Assembly: GCA_951406725.2 (NCBI GenBank)
Contig: OX597830.1
Span: 52,948,001-53,012,000, forward strand
Direction: 5' to 3'
Length of the DNA stretch: 64,000 nucleotides
Origin: Octopus vulgaris
Taxonomy: Eukaryota
Shown: in pieces, positions 26,736-39,141 of the stretch
Layout: each line of letters starts with the position of its first letter
How positions within the stretch are numbered: the first letter of the stretch is position 1
Translations under genes and position numbers: made by a program
The notes under the pieces: model-generated
What the model was told of the DNA's origin: nothing
Seen by the model: the letters and a program-made list of their open reading frames with translations, nothing else
Databases searched by the model: none

Positions 26736-26929
26736 TACACGTATAATGTATGTAGAATACTCTTGTGTACCCTTAATGTCACCCTCTGGTAGAATCATTA
26801 ATATAGTGTTACAAGGATGGATATTTGAATAACCTGTCCATCTAGCAGAGACCTCCCTCCTCTTGTACACACACACAGTTTCAATCTACCTAATTTTACT
26901 TTGAGGTTACTGGAAAACAGAATTTGGAG

Positions 26930-27258
26930 TAAAAACCCCCTTTTATCAAGAATGACCATGGGATTGCACCTAGAAAGTTCCCCTACAAGACACAAGTCTG
27001 AGCAAGGTTGTTTATGGAAGACCAACAGTCGCTCATGGATACCAGCCTCCCCTATCCACACCACCGATGTTATCCAAGGGAAAGGCAAAGGCCAATCAGT
27101 AATTTCACAACTCATTTCTACAGCTGAGTGAACTGGAGCAATGTGAAATAAAGTGTTTTGCTCAAGAACACAACACACAGCCCAGTCCAGGAATCGAACT
27201 CACTACCCCCTCATGATTGTAAGCCTGACACTCTAACCATTGAGCCATGTGCCTTCAC
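26930..27258 (-). mobile_element. tRNA-derived SINE, further family
   Basis: Minus-strand head GTGAAGGCACATGGCTCAATGGTTAGAGTG..GTTCGATTCC, then CTTGAGCAAAACACTT. Confidence 0.65.
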
Positions 27259-27986
27259 TGGAAGTCTGTACTTGCCCAACATGTTACCAGAGGTTTTTAA
27301 TCAGAGACCTCATGATTGTGGTCCAAACTCAATTATCCAGCCATGCTGCATCCATACATCTGTATCATATATTACATGTCCACACATACATATACATGCG
27401 CACGCACACACACATACATACATACATGAGATGTTGGTATCTATGTTGGCCCTAATGGCAAAAAGAATATTCTCTGGAGTGATAAAACTCATTACCACAT
27501 ACTCTCCTTCATCAGTCATCATTATTCAAGTAAACTTCTTCCCACCACATCATTATTCATGGTACACCAACCTCTCCTTATCATTATTCAAGTTAAGCCC
27601 GGATTCACAAACTTTAAGTTTTATGTGACTCCATTCACACTCCATTTATTCTGTGTCCAGATTTTACATTCACAGAAAACCCGTTTTTATTAAAATGTCA
27701 GACCTCACTAATTTTGTTAAACTAGAAGCAGCAAATCAATATCAATGAATAAAAAAAATCTTTAGATTTGTGTTTATTTCCAATCTATTTTTTGGGGGGT
27801 AACATTAAGTTTTTCTGCATTTCATTATTTTCCTTAAATACTTACTTGACTCAGTCATTTCTGACTAGACCTCCTGGACTATTTTGCATTTCTACAAGAA
27901 CATGTTCTTTGAGCTGTTCAAAAAATTTCAAACTTTTGTAGTGCTTTCTGTCACCTCTGAGGGTAGTAAATACAATCATTCCAAGA

Positions 27987-28245
27987 GTGAGGTTGTCGCC
28001 AGTGCCACTGGACTGGCTCCTGTGCAGGTGGCACATAAAAAGCACCATTTGGGCGTGGCCGTTGCCAGTACCACCAAACTGGCACGTAAAAGCACCCACT
28101 ACACTCTCGGAGTGGTTGGCGTTAGGAAGGGCATCCAGCTGTAGAAACTCTGCCAGATCAGATTGGAGTCTGGTTCGCCAGACCTCGGTCAAATCATCCA
28201 ACCCGTGCTAGCATGGAAAGCGGACGTTAAATGATGATGATGATG
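27987..28245 (+). mobile_element. RTE LINE 3' UTR and tail
   Basis: GGTTGGCGTTAGGAAGGGCATCCAGCTGTAGAAAC..GGACGTTAAA(TGA)n. Confidence 0.8.
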
Positions 28246-29752
28246 AATTGCAGTAGAATTCACAGGAATGCTCTTCATGCCACAAAACTGAATCCTGAAG
28301 ACTTTTTTTTTTTTTTACATTTTCATTCCCTGCAAAACACCAAACCTTGCCCATCATCTTAGTTTTCTGATGAGTTCTTGCTTGAACAAGTACAAACGTT
28401 GGCACTACTGCTCTTCTCTTCACATCATTTTTCTCATTAACTCTACTTCTGTTGAAATACATTACTCTTGTTTCAATTAATTTTGTTAATAACAGAGAAG
28501 TTATTAAAATCATTTTGTGATTATTTAGCTAGTGTTTAGGGTACAAATTTACACAGTATTTTGAAGGATTATTTTAATTTAGGGAATTTGTATTGTAGAA
28601 CTAATGGCAGTTTCAGGCAGGTTAGCACCAAAAGAGTTAAACTTCCTCAGTTTCTTTTATCAGTCAGTACTAGTTCAGTTAGTTCTGGTACCCCACCTTC
28701 ACATTCTACACTTACATAATATACAAGTCACATTTTTAATTTAATATCTCCAACACAATTTGTTTTACTATGACCTTGATGACATGAAACCAGGCTTTGA
28801 CAACTGAGGCCAAAATATTGGGTGGCGGCGGTGGTGTTTATTGTTTTCTGTTCTCTGTGAATCCTGTTAAACAACTGGTCTCTGAATTCTGAATTATTTC
28901 TCCATTGCTATAGTTTATTGTTTTTGATCCTCAATAGGTTTGTTGGTTACATAATTTTACACCAGCTTTCCAAGGTCGTGTGTGTTTGTGACTGTACAAG
29001 TGCATTCTTTTATTCTTCTACTTGTTTCAGTCATTTGACAGCAGCCATGCTGGAGCACCGCCTTAAACACACACACACACACACACACACGTGTTTCTGT
29101 ACATATTTTAGCAGCTGGAGATTTTTTTTTTTTTTTTAATCCCTTCTTCTCTCTTTTCCCCTTTCTGTTAAGAGTTCAACAGTGAAATTGGAAGTAGTGA
29201 GTGATTAGCAATTGTTAAATTGAAGGGGTACTTTTGTGTAAACCTTACTAGAAGAGGATCGGGCAGATATATTGGGGAGGGGGCTGTGTGTGTGCGTAGG
29301 CAGGAATGCTCCTGTGTTGTAAGTATAGCTTTGTGATTATGATATTTGTCTCTGAACCATGTGGCTTTAGGTTCAGTCCTGCTGCACGGCATCTGAGGCA
29401 AAAATACATATGCATATATATATATATACGGGTATGCGTTTGTGTCCTTTTGTCGTCATCATGCAATAGTTGTAAATGAACGCAATATAACTGATGTTCT
29501 TTGTTTCCAGTCTTCTATGAAAACGGGTCAGGGTTGGTGATAGGAAGGGTATCTCAGCATAGAAAGCCTGCCTCAGTGAATTCTGTTTGGCCTTTATAAG
29601 CATAGAAAAGTTGACATTAAAACACCGATGGTGATGATGATGATGTATATATAACACTTTTTTCTATACCTGTCCTAATTCAAATAAATAGAACACTTGC
29701 ATATTTTTCCAGATGTTCTGCTCTAGCATCAGTAGACTTCAACCAGGGTTAA

Positions 29753-29968
29753 CCCTTCAACATCCAGGTTACTCTATAAAATATGATGCTTATTTATCAT
29801 GCTTCGAATTAATCATGCGTTATCTCATAGCTTTGAGATTTCAATGATATGATCCTTTTATTTTTAGAATGGCATTGTAGGATAGGTGTGAGAGGCCAGG
29901 TCTGGCTGATTTGAACATAGAATAAGTAGAATATTTGGCAGAATATGGCCAGTTTGAATGCTAAAGGG
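29753..29968. mobile_element. piggyBac-type MITE (related copy ~57030-57220)
   Basis: TTAA-CCCTT...AAAGGG-TTAA. Confidence 0.7.
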
Positions 29969-30172
29969 TTAAAACAGCTCCTCAGCTGTTAATTAGTAAG
30001 GGAGATAATTTCTAATCAGTCAGTGTAGCAACCAATGACTTTGTCAAGTGCTTTCTATTATCAAGAAAACCAGGCAGATCTCTTCAAGAATGTGTCTGCG
30101 TGTATATACCTTTTAGTTGTTTCAACCATGGGATTGCTGCTATACTAGGGCACTGCCTTGAAGTGTTTCGTT

Positions 30173-30545
30173 CAGTTGTTCTCAACTGGGGTCCATATTG
30201 ACCATCCAGGGTCCATATAAGGTTTTGTTTTTTACATTTCATCATATCATCATCATCATCATCATCGTTTAACGTCTGCTTTCCATGCTAGCATGGGTTG
30301 GACGATTTGACTGAGGCCTGGCGAACCAGATGGCTGCACCAGGCTTCGTTTATGTGCAACAAATTGGTTATACTTGTACAGTACATAAAATATTTCAACA
30401 ATTTTTTAAAAATACAAATCCTAATAATATTTAATTATAAAAATACGATTGGATTTTTTTAAACATTGAATGATTATGTGGGGGTCCAGTAGAGTAAAAT
30501 ACGAATCAAAGGGGTCCATAGACAAAATATGGTTGAGAACCACAG
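30173..30545. mobile_element. hAT-type MITE inside a family-A SINE, itself holding an RTE tail (~30247-30346)
   Basis: TIRs CAGTTGTTCTCAAC / GTTGAGAACCACAG; 8-bp TSD GTTTCGTT / GTTTTGTT. Confidence 0.75.
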
Positions 30546-30726
30546 GTTTTGTTGAACAAATTGACCCCAATATTTATCTTTTGTTAAGTCTTGTACTTAT
30601 TCTCTTGGTCTTTTTTGCTGAACTCCTAGGTTACTAGAACACTGATTGTCAAGCAATGGTGGGGAGCAAACACAAATTTACACACACATATATATTTGTG
30701 TATGTGTGTATATATATATATATTGT

Positions 30727-31250
30727 CATTTAACGTCCGCTTTCCATGTTGGCATGGGTTGGGCGGTTTGACTGAGGGCAAGGCTGCGCCAGGCTCCAAT
30801 CTGATCTGGCAAAGTTTCTACAGCTGGATGCCCTTCCTAATGCCAACCACTCCAAGAGGGTAGTGGATGCTTTTACATGCCACTAGCATGAGAACCAGTC
30901 AGGTGGTACTGGCAATGACCACACTCAAATGGTGCTTTTTACATGCCACCTGTACAGGAGCCAGTCCAGCTGCACTGGCAACCACCACGCTCGAATGTTG
31001 TTTTTCACGTGCCATCAGCACATGTGCCAGTAGGGTTACGCTGGCAATGATCACACTCGAATGGTGCTTTTTACATGCTACCGGCACAGGAGCCAGTCAG
31101 CGACTCTAGCAACGATCACACTCGAATGGTGCTATTACCATTCCACTGGCAAGGGTGCCAATCAGGCAGTACTGTCATCAGCCACGTCAGCAATTTTGAT
31201 TTCACCTGCCTCAACAGGACTTCGAAAGCAAAGTTTATTGTCCAATAAAT
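30727..31250 (-). mobile_element. RTE LINE 3' UTR with ~5 tandem ~62-bp units
   Basis: Tail plus repeated TGGCAATGA(C/T)CACACTCGAATGGTGCTTTTTACATGC units. Confidence 0.8.
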
Positions 31251-32085
31251 GAAGGGTACTCATAATAAGAGGGATGGTTATACTTTTGATCATAAATTCA
31301 AATTAAACCATTTTTTCTTGTATTTCACACATATTCAAAAGCATGAAGCAAAGAAACAACTTGTTGACAGAAGTGACCACAACAACACTACTCATAACAA
31401 GCAACTTTTGTACAGTGCATGTGATCAATATGGGTTTTTTTTTAATACGCACAACCAGGCCTCTCTGTAGTCACTCAATGTACTACATCGAACAAATCTC
31501 CCCAAAAGTATGCATTGAATTACATAGTCCAGAAAAAGTGTATGTTATGTCTAAAAAAAATTACTGTATGGTCATGGCTGGAATGTTTTCATCAATTTGT
31601 TTAATCAGGACTAATTTGGTACTAAACACCACCACATGCATGCACACACACACATCACAATCTTTACAGACCTAGTTTTAGTATATACATTTGCCAATGT
31701 AATCATGTTTGTGTTCTCCCTGTATTTGTCATTTTAGGGTAAGTTGTAGTGTGCCAACACAATTCCCTTATGCCATTCAGTTATGTCCCCCCACCTCACT
31801 ATTTTCTGCACTCAAATCTTATCCCAGTCATCTTTTAGAAGTCAAAATATATATTGCAGCAATGTACATTGTTTGTTTGTATGTATGTATGTATGTATGT
31901 GTATGTCTGACTGTCTGTCAGTCATTCTTTCACAATATAATTGTGAATACTATTCTTGTGAAAAAATAAATATGTATTCTACAAAAAGTATTGAGTAATC
32001 CTTCAGTTTAATGGAAATTATTTCAATTATAATTTAACATAAAAAAAAACAGTATATATATATATATATATATATATGATGATGA

Positions 32086-32120
<35 letters not shown>

Positions 32121-32198
32121 CACACACACACACATATATTAATATTCAACTTCTAACCCACTTTCTAATCGTGCTGATATTTATTTATTTACTTGTAG

Positions 32199-32330
32199 GA
32201 CCTTGATTTGATCGATGTGCTCTATCTCCAAGATATTGATTTGGGAGTCCAGAGAGAGGTCTATGACATCACACTGCGAAGAGAACTTGAACGGGAGCAA
32301 GAGATCGCCCTGCAAAAGGAGCGTGAGAAG
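32199..32330 (+). CDS. NFE2L1: CNC-bZIP exon 2: DIDLID/DLG (Neh2-like) motif
   Basis: TGTAG|GAC...GAG AAG|GTAGGT, 132 nt. Encodes DLDLIDVLYLQDIDLGVQREVYD, versus Nrf2 [21 protein letters not shown]. Not in the ORF track. Confidence 0.93.
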
Positions 32331-32510
32331 GTAGGTGTATTTCAAACTCCTTTGACCTTTGGTGATCGTTTTTCACTCTAATCATAAAAGGGAGCAAATG
32401 CTGTGTTTTATCACCCCTTGGGCTCTTTCTGACATCACTGAAGCTTACATCTTCAGAAGAGGACATTTTAGTGAGAGAACATCATGTGACCGATAGATAA
32501 GTGAAGAAAA

Positions 32511-32521
32511 TGCCAAGTCAT
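32511..32521 (-). promoter_or_regulatory. Antioxidant response element (CNC-sMaf site) in intron 2
   Basis: ATGACTTGGCA followed by TTTT on -, matching RTGACnnnGCA with an AT-rich flank. Confidence 0.45.
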
Positions 32522-33131
32522 AATAGCTTGTTTGTTGGTTGTGTTTTTAAGATATGTTAAATATATTTATGATGTGTAATAATTGTAATTTCATTTTGAT
32601 GTTTAAAAGAAATTAAATATCAGGAGAAAATAATGCTGGTTCATTGTTGACAGGGTAAATGTAGTGACTTGGTTATAAATGTTGCATGTGTGTAAGCATG
32701 CAAACATATGCTTCTAGTAAACTTAGGGAAAGTAAATATTATGATTAAACGACCGGTATTTTTTTTTCATTCTCTTTATCTGATCAAGAAAAGGGATCAA
32801 ACTGACTAGTTTCAAATTTTAATAAAACTCCATCAGGGACCTGTTACTCTTTCTTGGTCACAGAGAGAGAGAATGACAGCTTCCACACAGAGAACCATGT
32901 ATCTATTTTTTTTGCTTTCTGTGAATGCTTCTCATCATTCTTCCTCTAAACACTGACATATTTACATAAATTTATTCAAATATTAATTAATTCAGAAATT
33001 AAACTTTCAATACTGACATGCTTTGCACTCCAATTCCAATATCAAGTTGTTGCAATCACATTTAACAACAACAACAATTCCAGTGACCATTCCAAGAAGT
33101 TACAGTTGTGTTTGTCTTATTTTTGTTTTAG

Positions 33132-33231
33132 CAAAAACAATATGAACATATTCAGTTGAAACTACAAGAAGAACAGCGTCGACTAGAACAACAATATCGC
33201 GCAGACAACTATACCCAAGACATTGAAACAG
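33132..33231 (+). CDS. NFE2L1: CNC-bZIP exon 3, ending in DIET-G
   Basis: TTTAG|CAA...GAA ACA G|GTCAGT, 100 nt, phase 0 to 1. A second in-frame acceptor may exist at 33155. Confidence 0.88.
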
Positions 33232-33580
33232 GTCAGTTCTTTGGATTTTTTCTGTCTTTCTATCTAATTCCAGTGTGTGTGTATGCATGTGTATGTGCGT
33301 ATGCACATGTGTGTGGAAGAGACAGACCAAAGCATAACATACCTTAACAAATAGTTCACCTGAGTTGGACTGTCAACAGTCGAATATCTCAGTATTCATT
33401 AAGTATATATGTTGTGTGTATCTGTGATTAAATAATATATATATATATATATATATATTTAACAATTAAGGATAAAATCTTAATAAGGGATCTTAACAAG
33501 AAATTATCAGGTAGTTAGTGTGAAAAACCTCATAAGAGAAAAAATTCGAAAATAATTTTTTCACTTGAAAATATTTATTT

Positions 33581-33760
33581 ATATTGTATAGAGGGCATTA
33601 TTACACATAAATGCCACACGCTAAGAGGGACATAAGTTATTACTACCAAAATGTAACTAATCATACCTAATTAGGTATGATTAGTTAAATTTTGGTAGTA
33701 ATGACTTATGTCCCTCTTAGCGTGTGGCATTTATGTGTAATAATGCCCTCTGTACAATAT
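33581..33760. repeat. Spacerless ~180-bp palindrome in CNC intron 3
   Basis: Centred on CATACCTAA|TTAGGTATG; ~90-bp arms with few mismatches; (TA)n on both sides. Confidence 0.92.
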
Positions 33761-33764
33761 ATAT

Positions 33765-33970
33765 ACTCTTTTACTCTTTTCAGTCATTTGACTGCGGCCA
33801 TGCTGGAGCACCGCCTTTAATCGAGCAACTCGACCCCGGGACTTATTCTTTTGTAAGCCCTGTACTTATTCTATCGGTCTCTTTTGCCGAACCGCTAAGT
33901 AACGGGGACATAAACACACCAGCATCGGTTGTCAAGCAATGCTAGGGGAACAAACACAGACACACAAACG

Positions 33971-34008
<38 letters not shown>

Positions 34009-34172
34009 CGACGGGCTTCTTTCAGTTTCCGCCTACCAAATCCACTCACATGGTTTTGGTCGGCCCGAGGCTATAGAAGAAGACACTTACCCAAGGTGCC
34101 ACGCAGTGGGACTGAACCCGGAACCATGTGGCTGGTAAACAAGCTACTTACCACACAGCCATTCCTGCGCCT
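33765..34172 (-). mobile_element. tRNA-derived SINE, family A
   Basis: Matches 7420-7858 along its length. Confidence 0.85.
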
Positions 34173-34417
34173 AATATATATATATTACTCATTTGTTGAT
34201 TTCTTTTAACATCCATTTTCCATGTTAGTGTGGCTTGGACAAGAATTGATTTTGAGGTGAAATTTTACAGCCTGGTGCACTTCCTGTCACCAACCCTTGC
34301 CTGTTTTTTATTGTGATTTTTATATTCCACACATACTCACACAAACTAAAACTAGATTGAAGTCTTGGCTCATGATGGGGTTTTCATTTTTTTTTTTTCT
34401 TTATTTGTCTATTTCAG

Positions 34418-34611
34418 GAGAATGGATTCCACTCTATCAACCAGCTCCTCCTTTAAACATCCCCCTAATACCAAACACAACAAACATTCTCGAACAACAA
34501 CAGCAGCAGCAGCAGCCATGCATTCCACAGCCTATGCCAATACCCCAACTCCAGACTGACCTTACGAATTTACAGACCAATTCTTGCCAATACCAAACTT
34601 CAAATTTATTG
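34418..34611 (+). CDS. NFE2L1: CNC-bZIP exon 4, completing ETGE; P/Q-rich with Q7
   Basis: TTTCAG|GA GAA TGG gives ETGEWIP across the junction. Donor TTG|GTAAGT, 194 nt. Confidence 0.88.
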
Positions 34612-35185
34612 GTAAGTTATTTTATTGTCAACTTTCTCAAACCTTGAGCTTTTACATTTTATCACCACACTGAAGTTGGTTTGACACCAACATTTCACAT
34701 CTAAGGAAATGGTTTCTGAATTGACCATTTGAACTAATATCATATTCTGCACAGTCTCTCTCTCTCTCATAAGTCAAAATTTGCAGGAAGAACATGTACA
34801 TGTCATGGAAGAGTGTTTCAGAAGATTGCATTTCTGGGGATACTGGATTGGGCATAGTGTTCATAAAAAGACTTGGTAGAGAAGGCATCCAGAGAACTAA
34901 TTCAGAAGGTGGAGACTATTGTAGAGATGAGAAAAACACAAAAGAAAGTGCATTTGTAACCAAAAAATCGTGTTGGTTAAGGAGTCTCTACCAGTCAAAG
35001 AAATAATATATTTCACGAAAACAGACTTTTTCAGTATAAAATCATCAATAGGCTTCATTTCAAAAGGGCTAGTTAACAAACCCCTCTTAATTTTCTTTTT
35101 AAATAATTGATTTTCTTCTATTTTACTTTGAGTATGTTCGAAATAACACTTTATTTCTCTCTCTCAATTTGATTTGTGTCTCAAG

Positions 35186-35458
35186 AACTCTACACTAGAA
35201 GAGGCCCTGCAAACTTTAGACATCGATGCAAATAAGAATAACACCAGTGAGCAAACCGTCTTTGAGCTGGAACAGTACCTGGCCAACTGCCCAGTTGCCA
35301 ACTTCAGCAATGCCACAACGGAACAATATGAACCAATTCTACCATCGCAGTTCAACTGTAACCTATTGCCTTGTCCTACCACTTCTACTGCCCTCAACCA
35401 ATGTACTGAATACAACACACCGATTCACAACACTTTTCAAGAACATTCTCAATCGACT
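35186..35458 (+). CDS. NFE2L1: CNC-bZIP exon 5 (Neh4-like TLEEALQTL)
   Basis: TCAAG|AAC...ACT|GTGAGT, 273 nt, frame-compatible, part of ORF 35174..35494. Confidence 0.8.
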
Positions 35459-36528
35459 GTGAGTTTCTTGGCTTCTTTGTTTCTCTTTTGTTAAATTGAC
35501 TTCTTGCCTTCTTTTTGTTGTGCGTATGTGTCTCTCACCTCAGCCTATCTGTTTCCTCTTTCTTTCTCACTCTCTTCTTCTCCAACCTTTTCTCTATACC
35601 TCTCTCTCTCTCTTTCCTTCACATTCTATCTTCATACTTCTCTCTCCTCTCTTTTGCGCTCATTCTCTATCTATCTATCTACCTATCTATCTCTTCACTT
35701 CATATCGTTTCACTCTTACAATTGTTGCAATGAATGTAAATCATAAGCATAAAAGAATTTCTGGTTATCAAAATTATGAATGCTTTTTCAAAAGGAACAT
35801 CAGAGGAAGAGTAAAGGAGAAAGAGAGTGGGGAAAGGCAATGGAAAGATAGCAAGAGAAAAGAAGGGGAGTTTTCCTTCAATAGAATTTTCCATCAATGT
35901 TTCTGTTCCAGTGAACTTTATTTGAAAATGAGATGGCAAAGGAGGGAAAAGAAAGAAGGGACGAATTTAAGTTATTGTAAAGCAGAGGCAAAAAAATAAA
36001 GGAATATTGTTATGGCATTGAAATATATTAGCATTTCTAGAAGAGGCACAAGTTTTCAGTTTTGGTGATTGTAGTAAAGTTAATAATCATGGGAGAAATT
36101 CTAAATGTAAAGGGAGATAACTGTAAGAAGCTCTTTAGTATAATGCTACATTTTCTGTAAAACTCTGGCAATAATGATTTCTTCTAAATTTGGTAGATGG
36201 CCAGCAATTTTAAGGGTGGGGGAGGGGCAAGTCGATTACATCTACTCCAGTACTTGACTGGTACTTTATTTTATCGACCACAAGAGGATGAAAGTCAAAG
36301 TTGATTTTGGCAGAATGTGAACAAATACTGCAAAGCATTTCCAATCCAAATGATGATGATGTTTCTGACGTAGGCACAAGACCATTTGGTGGGAATGGTT
36401 AGTTAATGAAATCAATCCCAGTACTTGAATTATACTTTGTTTTATCGACCCTGGAAGGAAGAAAGGTAAAGTTGATCTCTTCAGGATTGTAAAGCACCTT
36501 AGCTAACTACAAGGTATTTTATTCCATA

Positions 36529-36761
36529 AAAGGCAACGAGCTGGCAGAAACGTTAGCACACCGGGCGAAATGCTTAGCGGTATTTCGTCTGCCGTTACGT
36601 TGTGAGTTCAAATTCCGCTGAGGTCGACTTTGCCTTTCATCCTTTCAGGGTCGATAAATTAAGTACCAGTTACGCACTTTGGTCAATGTAATCGATTTAA
36701 TACCTATGTCTGTCCTTGTTTGTCCCCTCTGTGTTTAGCCCCTTGTGGGTAATAAAGAAAT
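36529..36761 (+). mobile_element. tRNA-derived SINE, family B, with 16-bp TSD
   Basis: TSD AGGTATTTTATTCCAT at 36512-36527 and 36762-36777; head AAGGCAACGAGCTGGCAGAAACGTTAGC..GAGTTCAAATTCC. Confidence 0.9.
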
Positions 36762-36889
36762 AGGTATTTTATTCCATGCTCCTTATGATTCTGCTAGTCT
36801 GTTGTTTTGACATCTGTTTACTTATACACTGTATTATGTGTGCAGTTGGGTTTTGCAGTAGTTTTTTTATGTTTGTTTCTCTACTCCAG

Positions 36890-37070
36890 CTGCCATCTTG
36901 TGAACGTCAGAACAGTCTTGATAATTGGTGGAGAGAAATCAGTGGTTCTTTGGAAATGACTACGGCTGGCACCAGTGCAGATAATCCAACTCATTGTCCA
37001 GAACTCATTCAAAATGCAACTCTTCCAATTCCATCTGGTGACATTGGGTGTGGGAATAATTTGAACACAA
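36890..37070 (+). CDS. NFE2L1: CNC-bZIP exon 6 (Neh5-like SLDNWWREISGSLEM; IQNATL)
   Basis: CTCCAG|CTG...ACA A|GTAAGT, 181 nt, phase 0 to 1. Confidence 0.83.
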
Positions 37071-38060
37071 GTAAGTATTAATACTTTTGTATTTTTTTTA
37101 AACAATAATTGTTGTTTAGCTTGAGGTCAACCACGATCCAGCTGGTCTTTGATCAGAGGCATTCCAACTATGACCATCCTTCTTTTTTTTGTTTTGTTTT
37201 TTTTTCAAATACATGACTCTTATTTATATGTTCTCTTATTTTAAACAATAGGTTTAAAATATGAGAAGGAGGTAGATTGAAGGTAGACTTGGCTGTTATT
37301 TCTAGCAAGTTGAGCAGCCTTATAGATGCTCACTCATAATGAGCAAAGACACAACATAAGTGGTTGAGTGTCAGAAAACGATTCTGTGGTATATAGTTAC
37401 GTATCATTTTGTTTCAGCAAAGTAAAATAGGGATGCAAGATGAATCAGACGTGAAGGTATCGGGTCCTACAGATGAGATTGTGCAGGATCAAGACACATG
37501 GGGTTGTGGATTCTTCCAACCCATGACTTTATGAAGAAAACTGACTTTAAAACAGTAATTATGGTAGCAATGTTGATAATTAGACTCACAGTACAAAAAC
37601 AAGGGAATATTAGAATTTCATGTTAATTTAGTTTCTAAACACCACCTCAATAATTAGTTATTTTCCTAAATTCTTCATTGTTTTCAAAATTAATTGAAAC
37701 AGACAGAATATCTCAACAGAAATATGGCAACACAAGAGCTAAACTTTACTACCATTCATTATGCTTTACTCTCATCTCTTCCACAAGAACCAGCATTCTG
37801 AAACTAAAACTTGCTCTATTTATGAATATTTTCCAAAGTTATTTTTGTTTTTTTTTTTTGCTTTCTTCCTACTGTGGAAAGATACAATAAGTTCACCTCA
37901 CAAAAAAAAAATTGTTCTCTTATAACTTTGAGATCTTTTTTTTTTGTATGTTTTAATAACCCTGTTTTCCCCTTAATTATTTGTTACTCAGACCACCACA
38001 CACAGGGAAATCTATTGAGATCTTTATCCTATATTTCTCTCTCTCCCCTATTTTATCAAG

Positions 38061-38273
38061 GTCTAAATGCTTCTGTATCAACTGCAAACTGCAGCACGAC
38101 CATCAACAACCACAGTTCCTGTAATCCACCAGAATGGGACAACCAAAACTATCTCTTCCCGAATATGACCACCAGCATCAATGAAAGCGAGTCCATGATG
38201 GAGATGGAGAAGATTTTACCAGCAATACAACAGAACATGATGACAAACATTGACTTACCCAATATAACTGAAG
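38061..38273 (+). CDS. NFE2L1: CNC-bZIP exon 7 (sequon-dense NST-like region)
   Basis: TCAAG|GT CTA...GAA G|GTAGGG, 213 nt, phase 1 to 1. Confidence 0.82.
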
Positions 38274-39141
38274 GTAGGGCCTCTTTGAAGTAGTGATCAT
38301 GCTCTTTTACCTGCATGTTGTATGAATGTGTGTGTGTGCAAATGTAGGAGTGTGGATGTATGCATATATTTCTCCTCTTCATCTGTCCATCAGTCTGTAT
38401 CCAGTCACATCCTTAATAGTGGGACAGACAGACAGGCAACTGTCATGCAGTAACTAGACATTTGATGTTACAGTTTGGTTGATTTATGAATGCTACTATT
38501 CGGGCTGTATTGAAAGCTGTAATATTCTATTGTTCTATTCAGCTGGGGTGAGGTAGTCAACATTAGTCAATTGTATACCAATTCATGGCATCAAAATATC
38601 AAAAGAAAATAAATTAGAACACAGGTATGTCTATGTAGTTTACAATCCTGCTGTCAAATTCTCCTTCATAGCTAAGGAGGAAAAATTTACACTATGGTGT
38701 GGATTATTAACATCTTTAGAATATATCTGCTTTTTCTGTGTTACATGGGTTGAATGAGATTTTTTTACCACTTATTACAATCCCTTATCTCTTTGATAAA
38801 GTTCGACCCCTAAAGATCAACTTCCATTTCTCATGTCTCCCTCACTCATTCTTCCTGCTTGGATTGTTTTGTACTTTATTTCCATTCAGTACATTTAGTG
38901 CTGAGTTCTTAACTATTCCTGTTCTCTATATTGAACATGAGTTCATTAAACACTAAGATCTTAGTCACTCTTTTTCTATATCTTCACTATATTATAATCC
39001 ACACTATATTTACAATATTCATATTTACACTAGATCTTTACCATATTTTGATTGGTTTGTTATTAATGTTCCTTTCCATCCTTCTTTCTCTGTTTCAGTT
39101 TAATATATTTTATATATTTCCTTATTTCTATATTCTTCTAG

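Noticed and set aside
30860-31190. Regularly spaced repeats suggesting a CRISPR array
   Set aside because: Whole units repeat with no unique spacers, there are no cas genes, and they belong to a LINE 3' UTR in a eukaryote.
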